The position numbers and the translations under genes were made by a program. Positions 40,907 through 51,087 of a stretch of 64,000 nt of DNA are shown here, one piece after another (within the stretch, counting starts at the first letter, position 1; every line of letters starts with the position of its first letter). The notes beneath the pieces were generated by a model. It was not told the origin of the DNA. It worked only from the letters and a program-made list of their open reading frames with translations, and ran no database searches. The DNA comes from Obrimoposthia wandeli (Eukaryota): NCBI GenBank assembly GCA_977020255.1, contig CDROCS010005135.1:186001-250000 (forward strand). Direction: 5' to 3'.

Positions 40907-41028
40907 ACTAGACGGTCTAGTCTATATACATATTTGATTCAGGTTTCGATCACAGAGCACTTGAATCAAACTAGACTTCTCAGCCCAGATGAGTAAAAAA
41001 TATACGATAAGAACTAGACTGTCCAGTT
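40907..41028. promoter_or_regulatory. TetR-type operator palindromes in the divergent promoter
   Basis: ACTAGAC-G-GTCTAGT (40907-40921), AACTAGAC-T-GTCCAGTT (41012-41028), and a half-site AAACTAGAC at 40968. Confidence 0.65.
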
Positions 41029-41064
41029 TGATTGTACTAAAAGTGATAATAAGTTGTTTTATTA

Positions 41065-41685
41065 ATGGTGGCCGTAGTGTTGAGTCCAAGAAGTGAGCAA
41101 AAACGACAGCAAATTTTACAAGCAGCAGGAGAACTGTTCTGTGAGCAAGGTTATGCGATCAGCATGGATGCGATAGCCGTTAAAGCGCAAGTATCTAAGC
41201 AGACAGTGTATTCACACTTTAAAACGAAAGATGATCTTTTTGAGACGTGTATAAAAGCAAAATGTTCAGAAAATCAGTTAAATGGAAGGTTGGTCGATGA
41301 CCCAAGACCGATTCGTGAAGTCTTGTGTGATTTTGCTTTTTCTTTTCAAAGCATGTTGTTAACGAAAGAAGCCCAGCATACGTACAAAACGGCTATTAGC
41401 CAACGAGATAGCCACCCACAACTCGCGAAGGTATATCTTAGCGCTGGACCTAAAGCGACAGCCGATATGTTGGCTGATTATATTCAATATTTTGTCGATA
41501 AAGGTATTCTGAATGTGCCTATACCGGTTCATGAAGCTGCAATGCAGCTACTACTAATGTGGCATGGCAGAATCGTTTATTGGTCTTACTTAGGTGAGAG
41601 CAATGGAGAAACAGAAGAAGAACGCAGAACCTATTTGAATAGCTGTGTAGATCTGTTTTTAACAGGTTATGAAGTAAAACTATAG
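41065..41685 (+). CDS. TetR/AcrR-family regulator
   Basis: KRQQILQAAGELF...SMDAIA...VSKQTVYSHFKTKDDLF. Confidence 0.93.
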   Translation: MVAVVLSPRSEQKRQQILQAAGELFCEQGYAISMDAIAVKAQVSKQTVYSHFKTKDDLFETCIKAKCSENQLNGRLVDDPRPIREVLCDFAFSFQSMLLTKEAQHTYKTAISQRDSHPQLAKVYLSAGPKATADMLADYIQYFVDKGILNVPIPVHEAAMQLLLMWHGRIVYWSYLGESNGETEEERRTYLNSCVDLFLTGYEVKL

Positions 41686-41950
41686 ACTTTTAAATGTCTT
41701 CAATCATGTTAGCTGTGTAGTAATTGTTAAGGCTCATCATCTCTTGTATTCAATAAAAGAGATCATGGGTCTTTTTGCGCTATGTCGTACACTCGATTCA
41801 TTTTTGAGAATAATGCCTAAAAATTCTTACTTTTAAGATAAATAAAAAATAGAGCCCTCTTGCATACTATTGAGTACTTTTTTGCCTTTTAGATCACATT
41901 TTACTGCTATGTTTATTTTGTGTTTCAACATCATCAATATAAATTGAGAG

Positions 41951-42760
41951 GTGATCATGACGACTTGGCTCATCAAGAAAGTATGTGCGTTATTACTAGT
42001 TACTCCAGTATTAATGCTTTCACAACAAGTTGATGCTGCTTCAAGTCGCCTGCAACAAATCATCGATCGTGGTGTATTAAAAGTTGGGACAACGGGTGAT
42101 TGGAACCCGATGACTATCCGAGATCCCGCAACAAATTTTTATAGGGGATACGATATAGATATTACAACCGAGCTTGCTAAAGATCTTGGTGTAACGGTTG
42201 AGTATGTTGCTGCAGAATGGAAAAGTCTTGTTAATGGTGTCGTGACAGATAAATATGACATGACGGGCAGTGCTTCGCTGAATATGCACCGAGCCAGAGT
42301 GGCTGGTTATAGTCAGCCCTATTTTTACTTGGCATTTGTTCCGGTTGTTCAAGAAAAAAATATGACGCGTTTTAAGAAATGGAATGATTTCAATAACGCT
42401 TCAGTAACTGTTGCTTCTTCACTTGGCACAGTACAAGAAAGCATGGTTAAAGAATTTTTTCCTAAAGCAAAACATAATGTGATTGATTCAGAGGTTCGAG
42501 ATTATCAGGAGCTCTTAGCGAATAGAGCAACCGTGATTGTGACGTCTAATGTAGAAGCGGCAACAATAACGCGTAAATTTTCTCAACTCAAAATTGCAGA
42601 TGTACAAGGAATGCGCAGACCAACACCCATCGCGATGTTGTTACCACGCGATGATCAAGTATGGATAAATTATATTAACCATTGGGTTGAGTTAAAAAAG
42701 ACTCAGGGTTTTTTCGAACGTATTGCTAAAAAGTGGGGACTGGTGCACTTAGAGCGTTAG
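41951..42760 (+). CDS. Family-3 periplasmic binding protein, cyclohexadienyl-dehydratase-related
   Basis: Signal peptide, then SRLQQI..RGVLKVGTTGDWNP, GYDIDI and LLPRDDQVW; no ABC permease adjacent. Confidence 0.75.
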   Translation: MIMTTWLIKKVCALLLVTPVLMLSQQVDAASSRLQQIIDRGVLKVGTTGDWNPMTIRDPATNFYRGYDIDITTELAKDLGVTVEYVAAEWKSLVNGVVTDKYDMTGSASLNMHRARVAGYSQPYFYLAFVPVVQEKNMTRFKKWNDFNNASVTVASSLGTVQESMVKEFFPKAKHNVIDSEVRDYQELLANRATVIVTSNVEAATITRKFSQLKIADVQGMRRPTPIAMLLPRDDQVWINYINHWVELKKTQGFFERIAKKWGLVHLER

Positions 42761-42838
42761 TGCTAATGCCATGGCGTGATAGCCAGCAAATAATAAAAAT
42801 AGAAAGTGAAAAATTAATCGTTTCAGGAAGAAACAACC

Positions 42839-42911
42839 TATACCAATCTGGATAAGTAAATGGTCATAAATTTTCGCAATAATGAACAGATACTTATTTA
42901 GGTTGGTATTA
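42839..42911. repeat. Family A element, short inverted copy (73 bp)
   Basis: TATACCAATCTGGATAAGTA...TACTTATTTAGGTTGGTATTA, the reverse complement of the 6234 and 10195 ends. Confidence 0.75.
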
Positions 42912-42925
42912 CCTCTAATTTAGGT

Positions 42926-42957
42926 AAAAAAAGCCGCTATTATTTAGCGGCTTTTTT
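42926..42957. terminator. Bidirectional terminator
   Basis: A run, GCCGCTA-TTATT-TAGCGGC, T run. Confidence 0.8.
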
Positions 42958-42997
42958 ATATCAACTATTTGAGCTAGATAGTTTTACGCTATGTAAC

Positions 42998-44206
42998 TTA
43001 AGCTGTTTGTGCATCTTGCGGTAGTTCGCGACGCGCTTGTACAACAAGGCTAAAGCCAATAAGAGCGACAAAACCAGTTACGAACATGGCTGTTGTTACT
43101 GTAATTAGACCATGTGCGGTGAATGCAGACACTAATGCACTTGCCGCCACACAAACCATTGTTTGCATAAAGTTAAGTAAGCCAGCTGCTGTCGCACTAC
43201 AGTTTCTAAACTCAGATAGCGCTTGGCTAACTACGATTGGATAAACCGCGCCATTTGCTACCGCTAAGAAGCAGAATGGAAGCAGAATTGGCCAAATTGA
43301 TGTTGGTGATGTACTAAGTGAAATCAAGAACATCATCGCGACTGTGGTGAAGAATAATGTTAGTAACCACGGCAAAATTTGCTTGCTTTCATATTTAGCG
43401 AGTAGTGCGCGACAACCGTAACCACCAACAATGAAACCAACAGTTTGTGGGGCATAGCTCAAGCCGATATCAGCACCTGAATAACCCATCGCGCCCATAA
43501 TAAACGGTGAGCCTGTTAAATAAGCAAAGAACGCTGCAGAACATGCTGCAAAAATTAGCATGTTGCCGATGAATTTTTTTGAACTTAATATTTGCTTGTA
43601 ATCTTTCTTTAGCTGAACGAAAACTTTTTCATGGTTTTTCGCCGTTGGTGCACTTTCAGTCTCTTTTAGAGACATAATCGCTAAAACAGCACCAAAGCCA
43701 ACAAGAGAGACAAAAATACTGCGCCAGCCGAATTGACCTTCAAGCAGTGCACCCGCAAGAGGAGCAAGTGCCGGAGATAAGGCTACTAGCGGCATGATCG
43801 TTGCGAATACGCGCTCAGATACCTTACCTTCGTAACGGTCAATAACAACAGCCTGCCAAATAACGGTTGCACTACATGCACCTAAAGCCTGTGCAAAACG
43901 TGCCACAAGAAACAGTTCTACGTTCGGAGCAAAAGCACACGCTACCGAAGCGATACTGAATAACGTCATGCCGCCAATTAAGACTTTAATACGTCCGATA
44001 CGGTCTGAAAGCGGTCCGTAGATTAATTGTCCTAACGCCATTCCAAGAAGGAAGATACTTAAAGAGAGACCAATAAGTGATTGTGTTGTACCAAACTCTT
44101 CTTGAATTGTTGAAAATGCAGGTAAATACATGTCTGTTGCGAGAAACCCTAACATACTAAGGCATGCAAACCAGGCTAGGGTGATTTTTGATGGTTGGTT
44201 TTTCAT
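42998..44206 (-). CDS. punC: Bcr/CflA-family MFS exporter (PunC/YdhC-like)
   Basis: LATDMYLPAF, GPLSDRIGR and PLVALSPALAP; divergent from a YdhB-like LysR gene. Confidence 0.75.
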   Translation of the reverse strand: MKNQPSKITLAWFACLSMLGFLATDMYLPAFSTIQEEFGTTQSLIGLSLSIFLLGMALGQLIYGPLSDRIGRIKVLIGGMTLFSIASVACAFAPNVELFLVARFAQALGACSATVIWQAVVIDRYEGKVSERVFATIMPLVALSPALAPLAGALLEGQFGWRSIFVSLVGFGAVLAIMSLKETESAPTAKNHEKVFVQLKKDYKQILSSKKFIGNMLIFAACSAAFFAYLTGSPFIMGAMGYSGADIGLSYAPQTVGFIVGGYGCRALLAKYESKQILPWLLTLFFTTVAMMFLISLSTSPTSIWPILLPFCFLAVANGAVYPIVVSQALSEFRNCSATAAGLLNFMQTMVCVAASALVSAFTAHGLITVTTAMFVTGFVALIGFSLVVQARRELPQDAQTA

Positions 44207-44311
44207 TACGCTTTTCTTTTAATCAAATAACATTGCGGCAAGTTTAATGGTGGTTTTACTGGCTGTGAAACGGTAATATTTCAACATTGCTTTCAAAAAA
44301 TTTGATGTGAT

Positions 44312-45214
44312 ATGTTTTCATACAATGATCTGCAAGTTATTGATGTTGTCGCTAGGCGTGGCAGCTTTTCCGCTGCGGCAGAAGAATTACATAAAGTACC
44401 CAGTGCAATTAGTTACACCGTTCGATTAATCGAAGAGCGTTTAGCTGTCGATTTATTTGTTCGCTTGCATCGTCAGGTTAAATTAACGCCAGCTGGCGAC
44501 TATTTTGTTGAAGAAGCACGCAAAATAATTAAGCAAATGGAATTGATGCGTTTGCAAACACAGCGTGTAGCAAATGGTTGGTCGCAAAGTGTCTCTGTTG
44601 CTTTAGATACAGTGGTAAGGGAAAGCCGAGTAAATACCTTAGTGCGTGATTTTTACAGTGCCTTTCCTGATGTGGAATTGCATTTGAGTATGGAAGTGTT
44701 CAACGGTGTCTGGGATGCGCTTGCTGATGGCAGAGCAGATTTAGTCATTGGTGCTACCGCTGCTGTTCCTGTTGGTGGTGCGTTCGATTATCGTGATATG
44801 GGAACGCTCACGTGGAAATTCGTGGTGAGTAAAGATCACCCACTAGCAAACGTAGAACATAAACTTACCGCAGAAGAGTTAGTTCAGTATCCGGTAATTT
44901 GCATTGAAGATACGGCGCGTACGTTGCCGAAACGGGTTACTTGGATAATGGATAACCAACGCCGAATCATGGTGCCCAATTGGTATAGTGCGCTACAGTG
45001 CTTAAAGGCAGGGTTGGGGATCAGTGTTGTTCCTACACATATGGCAATTCCGCGGATTGAATCAGGTGAATTAGTCGAAAAGCAGCTAGTAAATAAGCCA
45101 GCGGTTAGCCCATGTTGCCTTGCATGGAATACCGAATGCGTAAACCCTGCACTTGAATGGCTACTGGCTTACTTGGGTGATAGTGAGCAGCTTCACCGTG
45201 AATGGATGCGTTAA
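44312..45214 (+). CDS. punR: LysR regulator (PunR/YdhB-like)
   Basis: ELHKVPSAISYTVR, MEVFNGVWDALADGRADL and DTARTLPKR. Confidence 0.78.
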   Translation: MFSYNDLQVIDVVARRGSFSAAAEELHKVPSAISYTVRLIEERLAVDLFVRLHRQVKLTPAGDYFVEEARKIIKQMELMRLQTQRVANGWSQSVSVALDTVVRESRVNTLVRDFYSAFPDVELHLSMEVFNGVWDALADGRADLVIGATAAVPVGGAFDYRDMGTLTWKFVVSKDHPLANVEHKLTAEELVQYPVICIEDTARTLPKRVTWIMDNQRRIMVPNWYSALQCLKAGLGISVVPTHMAIPRIESGELVEKQLVNKPAVSPCCLAWNTECVNPALEWLLAYLGDSEQLHREWMR

Positions 45215-45230
45215 TACACATGTACTCGAT

Positions 45231-46181
45231 TCAAGATGCTGAATTTTTAGTGGTTAACAGTGCTTGGCATTTTTCTCTTAGCAAATCTCGTAATAGTAAA
45301 ATAGCAGGAGTAACCTGTTTTCGACTTGGGCAAATTAGCCATAAGCTTGTTGGTTTTACATAGTAATCGGGCATTAGCTCGATTACTCGACCTGCATTTA
45401 GATCATGGCTTAAATCTAACCGTGATTTTAGCGCTATGCCTTTACCAGCAACGGCCCAACGTTTAACAATATCGCCATCGTTACATTTGCGATTACTGCT
45501 CACTTTGATTTTATATTTGGATTTAATACTGTCATCAGTGTTCGAGATCGTATCGTCACTGTTTTTACTTAACAGTTCCCACTGGTTATACGTTTTGCTG
45601 CCTAACTGATACAACAAACAATTATGTTGCAGTAAATCTTCAGGTTTATTCGGTGAGCCATATGTCGCAATATAGGCAGGTGAAGCGCAAATTACACGGT
45701 CGACTGTGGCTAATTTAAACGCGACCATTGTTGAATCTTCAGGCTGCCCATAGCGTAGGGCCACATCGACTTTATCCATGTAGAAGTCAGCCAGCGAATC
45801 GCCAATGCTGAGTTGAAAACTGAGTTTAGGGTTGTTATCCATGACTTCGTCTAGCCACGGTAAAATAAGATTACGGCCTAAATCAGAAGAAACCGATAAA
45901 CGCACTTCTCCGGCTATTTCCCCCTTCATTTCCGTAATTGATGCTTTTGCATCATCCAGCGAGCTCAGTGCTTGACGGCAATGAAGTAAAAAACGCTCAC
46001 CTTCAGCAGTAATACGTAATTGACGTGTAGAACGAATAAAGAGTTCGGTGCCCAATTGTTTTTCAAGTCGTTTGAGTGCAGCACTCGCTGCTGCTGGGCT
46101 AATATTGAGCTGCACTGCGGCGGCAGTAATATTACCGATATCGGCGGTTCGAACAAAAAGTTCAAGGTCTGATGTATTCAT
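45231..46181 (-). CDS. LysR-family regulator (CrgA/DmlR-like)
   Basis: LysR HTH, RSTRQLRITAEGE, DVALRYG and ASPAY; divergent from a Zn-ADH gene. Confidence 0.92.
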   Translation of the reverse strand: MNTSDLELFVRTADIGNITAAAVQLNISPAAASAALKRLEKQLGTELFIRSTRQLRITAEGERFLLHCRQALSSLDDAKASITEMKGEIAGEVRLSVSSDLGRNLILPWLDEVMDNNPKLSFQLSIGDSLADFYMDKVDVALRYGQPEDSTMVAFKLATVDRVICASPAYIATYGSPNKPEDLLQHNCLLYQLGSKTYNQWELLSKNSDDTISNTDDSIKSKYKIKVSSNRKCNDGDIVKRWAVAGKGIALKSRLDLSHDLNAGRVIELMPDYYVKPTSLWLICPSRKQVTPAILLLRDLLREKCQALLTTKNSAS

Positions 46182-46193
46182 GGTAGGCACTAA

Positions 46194-46214
46194 TTATCAA
46201 TATTATTTTGATAA
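46194..46214. promoter_or_regulatory. LysR-type recognition palindrome
   Basis: TTATCAA-N7-TTGATAA just upstream of the LysR start. Confidence 0.55.
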
Positions 46215-46278
46215 AGTTTAAACCATTACGCTGTTTTTAATTAGATTATTCTCTTCTATTATTGTTTTAACAATAATA

Positions 46279-46345
46279 GATACCCAGGTCACCTCAAGAT
46301 GCAGGATTCACGCTGAAACGAGCACCTTGAGGTAACGTGGGTATA
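46279..46345. repeat. MITE-like element, family B (67 bp)
   Basis: GATACCCAGGTCACCTCAAGATGC...GCACCTTGAGGTAACGTGGGTATA. Confidence 0.75.
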
Positions 46346-46371
46346 GCCCTCAAATATTAAAGAGAATAGCC

Positions 46372-47424
46372 ATGAAAGCCATCGGATACTTAGAAGCGAA
46401 AGCCATTGATCAACCAGATGCATTATTAGATATTGAGTTACCGATGCCTACGGCAACAGGGCGAGATGTATTAGTGAAAGTTAATGCGATTTCGGTTAAC
46501 CCTGTCGATACTAAAATTCGTCGTAATGCTCAACCGAATGAAGGTGAATATAAAATTTTAGGGTGGGACGCTGCCGGTGAAGTTATCGCGATTGGTGATG
46601 ATGTAGAGCACTATAAGATAGGTGATAAAGTGTGGTATGCCGGTGATATTACCCGCCAAGGTACAAATGCGGAATACCATCTGGTAGATGAACGCATTGT
46701 GGGTAAGCAGCCATTAACGTTATCAAATACAGAAGCCGCAGCCTTACCGTTAACGGCAATTACAGCGTGGGAGCTCTTGTTTGACCGACTTGGGTTTGAC
46801 GTGATCAGCCATGTAGCTTCAGACCAATCTGCCAATGAAGCAAATAAATCGACAGACACTCGTTTACTTATAGTGGGGGCATCTGGCGGTGTGGGTTCAA
46901 TTTTAACCCAATTAGCGGTTAAGTTAACGAATGCGACAGTGATTGGTACTGCTTCACGTAAAGAAAGCCAAGCATGGGTAACAAGCCTAGGCGCTGATTA
47001 TGTAATCGACCATTCGAAATCACTCACAGAAGAACTGGCCCGAGTTGGAATAAGTGATGTTACGCATGTCATTAGCCTTACACACACAGATAAACATTTT
47101 GATGAAATTGTCGAAGCACTTGCACCTCAAGGGCAATTGGCATTGATTGATGATCCTGAAGAACCTTTAGACATTATGAAGTTGAAGCGTAAGTCGTTAT
47201 CACTTCACTGGGAATTAATGTTTACACGTTCAATGTTCCAAACAGCTGATATGGATAAGCAGCGCCAATTGTTAAATGCAGTATCGTCATTGATTGACGA
47301 TGGTGAGTTAGTCACAACACTAGGGCAGAATTTTGGCAAGATAAATGCTGAAAACCTTATAAAAGCGCATGCTTACATCGAATCAGGTAAATCAATCGGT
47401 AAAGTAGTATTAGAAGGCTTCTAA
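46372..47424 (+). CDS. Zinc-binding alcohol dehydrogenase / quinone oxidoreductase family (MDR)
   Basis: AISVNPVDTK, LGWDAAG, AAALPLTAITAWE, SLHWELMFTRS and GKVVL. Confidence 0.92.
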   Translation: MKAIGYLEAKAIDQPDALLDIELPMPTATGRDVLVKVNAISVNPVDTKIRRNAQPNEGEYKILGWDAAGEVIAIGDDVEHYKIGDKVWYAGDITRQGTNAEYHLVDERIVGKQPLTLSNTEAAALPLTAITAWELLFDRLGFDVISHVASDQSANEANKSTDTRLLIVGASGGVGSILTQLAVKLTNATVIGTASRKESQAWVTSLGADYVIDHSKSLTEELARVGISDVTHVISLTHTDKHFDEIVEALAPQGQLALIDDPEEPLDIMKLKRKSLSLHWELMFTRSMFQTADMDKQRQLLNAVSSLIDDGELVTTLGQNFGKINAENLIKAHAYIESGKSIGKVVLEGF

Positions 47425-47503
47425 TCTATTTTGTTTCTTATTTGGTCTTAGCCGCTGATCCTGTATTCTGCCTAAGATATTAAGAATATGGATATTAGCG
47501 GTA

Positions 47504-47848
47504 ATGAAAAAGACAGATAAGAAGATAGATAATGCGATTCGCCAAACGCTAACAGAGATTTGTGATTTAGCTTTAGAAAAGGTGAGTGGTTTTCAATGGT
47601 TAACTCATCAGGTTAATTACGATAATTTCCCCAAAAGCCTTACGGTGGTTTGCGTACTTGATACTAATGAACAATTACTTGCAATAAAGCAGCGCGGTGA
47701 TGATGTGTACCTGCGAAAAGTGATTAAACAACAGTTAGCTACGGTTAATGTCAATATCACTGACACCCATAAGCAAGTGCAGTTTGACTGCGAAGAAGAA
47801 TGTACCCGAGTACATAATGGGAATTGGTCTGTACGTTTGCAGTCTTAA
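47504..47848 (+). CDS. Hypothetical protein (114 aa)
   Basis: Clean intergenic ORF, MKKTDKKIDNAIR...GFQWLTHQVNYDNFPKSL; resembles a conserved gammaproteobacterial hypothetical family (recalled). Confidence 0.7.
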   Translation: MKKTDKKIDNAIRQTLTEICDLALEKVSGFQWLTHQVNYDNFPKSLTVVCVLDTNEQLLAIKQRGDDVYLRKVIKQQLATVNVNITDTHKQVQFDCEEECTRVHNGNWSVRLQS

Positions 47849-47939
47849 AATAAATGGCGCTTACAAAATGACAAGGTGGATAGCTTTTTACTCCAATGAG
47901 TAATCATTCCACCTTGCCGTTTTAAGTTTGTTAGTAAAA

Positions 47940-48566
47940 TTAGTCCGCTATTTCAGGTGTATCTTTTAGCGTTTGATAACCCGCCCAGATACGTGTAGCC
48001 GTTGTAATCCAGCATAAAGTGCCGTACACCCATGCGATAACCGCAAAGTATTGTGGGAATAAGCAGAACAGTACAAAGCAGGCAATGGTTTCTGTGCCTT
48101 CCGTTAATCCTCCAATGTAGTACAAAGATTTTTGCTTATAAATAGGGCTTTCGATGTTTCGCTTTCCAGCCATTATGGCAAAAGATAGAAAGCTTGAGCC
48201 AGTACCAATAAACGAAAATATCAAGAACGCACCGGCCACGGCGTTTGCACTGGGGTCTGCTAATACAAAGCCAAATGGCACCATTGAATAAAATAGAAAA
48301 TCCAATGTAATATCAAGAAACCCACCGCAATCTGTAATGCCTTGTCGACGTGCAATAGCACCGTCTAAACCATCAAATATTCGATTAATAACGATGAATG
48401 TAAGTGCCCAATAATACTCTTGCAGCATAAGGGATGGTAAGGCGAGTAAGCCAATTAAAAATCCAGTTAACGTTACTTGGTTAGCAGAAATGCCGAATTT
48501 ATCGGGTAGGGCTGCCAATGTTTTTAACGGCCAGCGAATTACTTTAATAGCATAACGATCAAGCAT
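47940..48566 (-). CDS. ynjF: CDP-alcohol phosphatidyltransferase family protein (YnjF-like)
   Basis: DGLDGAIARRQGITDCGGFLDITLD matches the DxxDGxxAR...G..LD...D motif; GGLTEGTET. Confidence 0.85.
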   Translation of the reverse strand: MLDRYAIKVIRWPLKTLAALPDKFGISANQVTLTGFLIGLLALPSLMLQEYYWALTFIVINRIFDGLDGAIARRQGITDCGGFLDITLDFLFYSMVPFGFVLADPSANAVAGAFLIFSFIGTGSSFLSFAIMAGKRNIESPIYKQKSLYYIGGLTEGTETIACFVLFCLFPQYFAVIAWVYGTLCWITTATRIWAGYQTLKDTPEIAD

Positions 48567-49218
48567 TGACTAACCCTCGATCATTGTCGTGCCATGGCCA
48601 GCGTAAAACTAATCCATTTTCAGGAATATCGTCATCGTCATGTGTCACCATTAATGCGGGAATATCTTGTGTCTTGATTTGTTCAAAAACAAAATGTCTA
48701 AATTCAACCCGTAAGGCTTTATCGAGTTTACTAAAGGGTTCATCTAATAAAACCGCTTTTGGTTTTGCTAATAATGTTCGCATTAAACTGACTCTAGCGC
48801 GTTGTCCTCCCGATATTTCATTAGGCATGTTAAAGGCGATATCGTGTAATCCTATTTGTGTCAGTGTCTGAATTGCTTCGTTCTTTCTGCTTGCCCCTGT
48901 GATCGTACGGGGTAGTCCAAAGGCTAAATTTTCCCACACGTTCAGATGAGGAAAAAGCAAATCATCTTGAAATAAGATCCCAATTTGACGCTGGTCGGGC
49001 TCAAGATCATTCATGATCGTATTATTAAGCTGTATTTGACCTTCTAAGGTGAATACTGGGCTTAAATGACCCGCAATGGCACTTAATAAGCTAGATTTAC
49101 CACAGCCGCTTGGTCCCATTAATGTCATCACTTCACCATTATTAACACTGAAGTTGATAGAAGAAATAAGCGGTATATTAGCGTTATTTATAGTGAGGTT
49201 TTCCACAGATAAGGTCAT
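48559..49218 (-). CDS. ynjD: ABC transporter ATP-binding protein (YnjD-like)
   Basis: GPSGCGKS, LFQDDLLFPHL, ISGGQRARV and LLDEPFSKLD. Confidence 0.85.
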   Translation of the reverse strand: MTLSVENLTINNANIPLISSINFSVNNGEVMTLMGPSGCGKSSLLSAIAGHLSPVFTLEGQIQLNNTIMNDLEPDQRQIGILFQDDLLFPHLNVWENLAFGLPRTITGASRKNEAIQTLTQIGLHDIAFNMPNEISGGQRARVSLMRTLLAKPKAVLLDEPFSKLDKALRVEFRHFVFEQIKTQDIPALMVTHDDDDIPENGLVLRWPWHDNDRGLVNA

Positions 49219-50962
49219 CCGTGTTGGTACTCCGTGTTTGTCGTTGAATAGGTTGTGTTTGTCGTTGAATAGGTAGTGTACGACGGGAAAAGTTACCCGA
49301 ATAACGACTGGCAATCAGTGCCAAAGTGAAGAAAATCAAAGGTAACAACCCTTGAAGTAAACCATATACAGCACTGACGCGACGATCTTGACCACTGGCT
49401 AAAGCGACAGCTTCAGTGGTTAAGGTGGCAATACGCCCAGCACCTAACACTTGTGTTGGCAGGTATTGCGCAAGACTTACGCTCATGCCGACAGCGATAG
49501 CTAACCAAATAGCAGGCATCATAAGAGGGCGCTTTACTTTCCACCACGTCGCCCATGCATTCATGCCTAAACTGCGGGCTGATTGATCGAGCCGGATATC
49601 ATAGCTGCGCCATGGTCCATCTAAAGACAGGTATAAATACGGGAAAGCAAATAGCACGTGGCTCCATATTACCCAAAACCAATAGTATTGACCTGAAATT
49701 AAATAGGTCGATATTTGCATGCCAAATAAAATAGAAAGTTGAGGTATCACCATTGGTAAAGCAATTAACCACGTAGGCAGCCCATGTTGATACTTTTGAC
49801 GGTATTCAAGACAACCAATGGCTAAAATCAATGCCAGACAAGCACTAATACAAGCCAGCATTGCACTGCTGGTGGCGAGTTCAATCAGTGTATTACTTTC
49901 TTGTAGCCAAAAGCGTGCACTGTACCGACTTGGTAGTGGATCAGGAAACCGCCAGCGTTGAGCAAAAGACCAAAGCAGTAAAACGGGAACAACCACAATA
50001 GGTACAATGAAAAATGGCCAATGCAGTCGTCCACTTATGCCTGTGTGTCTCTTTCTTTGATTGCTTTTGGTCGTGGCTGGCGTTGTAGCCTGAGGGCGAA
50101 AAGCGCCAGAAATCTGCCATTCACGTTTTATATCAAATGCAAACCACTCAATAGCCCGTGCAAGTGCTAACACACTGAAAGAAATAGCAAGAAGCAGTAA
50201 CGCACCGACGGCTGCTCGGGTAATTAAAAGCAAATCAGGTTCGTTAAACCACTGCCAAACTAAAACGGCGAGTGTAGGGGGGCGGGTCGGGCCAAGAATT
50301 AACGCAATATCAACCACTGATAGCCCATACGCCAATACGGCGTAAATAGGCATACGCATCTTAGGAAGCCATTGCGGTAATACGACTTTTAACCAGCTTC
50401 CATTGTGGTTATAACCTAAGCCTGCTGCGACGGCTTGCAATTGATTAACACGTATTTGGTGTAAAACAGACACACTCATTAAGAGTAAAAAAGGGGTCTC
50501 TTTTATCGCGAGCGCGAATAATAGCCCTATGCCGTAAGGATCTTGAATAAGGGTAAAAGCCGACGATGTATCTATACCGATACTTTCGAGTAATCTGAAT
50601 AGCCAGCCTGTAGGCGCAAAGGTAAAAGCAAAGCCAATAGCAAATGCGACATGAGGTAATGCCAGCATTGGGGCAATTAAGTGTTCGATACGTTGCCAGC
50701 GAGGGCTATTCCAATTAGCCCGAAGAATAAAAAAGCAAAGCGTTATCGCGAGTACCGTGCTGCCAATTCCCGTAAACAATGTTAAGAAAATTGACTGAGA
50801 AAGCCCCGACCATTGAAAGGCTGTATTAAAAGCTGAAAAGTTTGGAGTGTATAAACCAAGAGCAGGTAACCAAGAAAGAGCAGGCAGCACAATACCTAAT
50901 ACACCGGGTATTAAAGGTAAAGCGCAAATGAGTATTGTCACTAAGTACAGCAAGCGAATCAT
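49184..50962 (-). CDS. ynjC: ABC transporter double permease (YnjC-like)
   Basis: Two permease repeats (LALPHVAFAIG, KETPFLL, SLAQYLPT, TTEAV). Confidence 0.85.
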   Translation of the reverse strand: MIRLLYLVTILICALPLIPGVLGIVLPALSWLPALGLYTPNFSAFNTAFQWSGLSQSIFLTLFTGIGSTVLAITLCFFILRANWNSPRWQRIEHLIAPMLALPHVAFAIGFAFTFAPTGWLFRLLESIGIDTSSAFTLIQDPYGIGLLFALAIKETPFLLLMSVSVLHQIRVNQLQAVAAGLGYNHNGSWLKVVLPQWLPKMRMPIYAVLAYGLSVVDIALILGPTRPPTLAVLVWQWFNEPDLLLITRAAVGALLLLAISFSVLALARAIEWFAFDIKREWQISGAFRPQATTPATTKSNQRKRHTGISGRLHWPFFIVPIVVVPVLLLWSFAQRWRFPDPLPSRYSARFWLQESNTLIELATSSAMLACISACLALILAIGCLEYRQKYQHGLPTWLIALPMVIPQLSILFGMQISTYLISGQYYWFWVIWSHVLFAFPYLYLSLDGPWRSYDIRLDQSARSLGMNAWATWWKVKRPLMMPAIWLAIAVGMSVSLAQYLPTQVLGAGRIATLTTEAVALASGQDRRVSAVYGLLQGLLPLIFFTLALIASRYSGNFSRRTLPIQRQTQPIQRQTRSTNTDDLICGKPHYK

Positions 50963-51087
50963 GTGTTTTCCGACGCCTTAGCAGCGACAATGTTATACAG
51001 AGAAAAAGACAGCATAAACCGATTTATTACCCTTTAATTATAGTGAGTTTGAGGTGCCGAATGTTATGTTCTGACACCTCAATTTGA

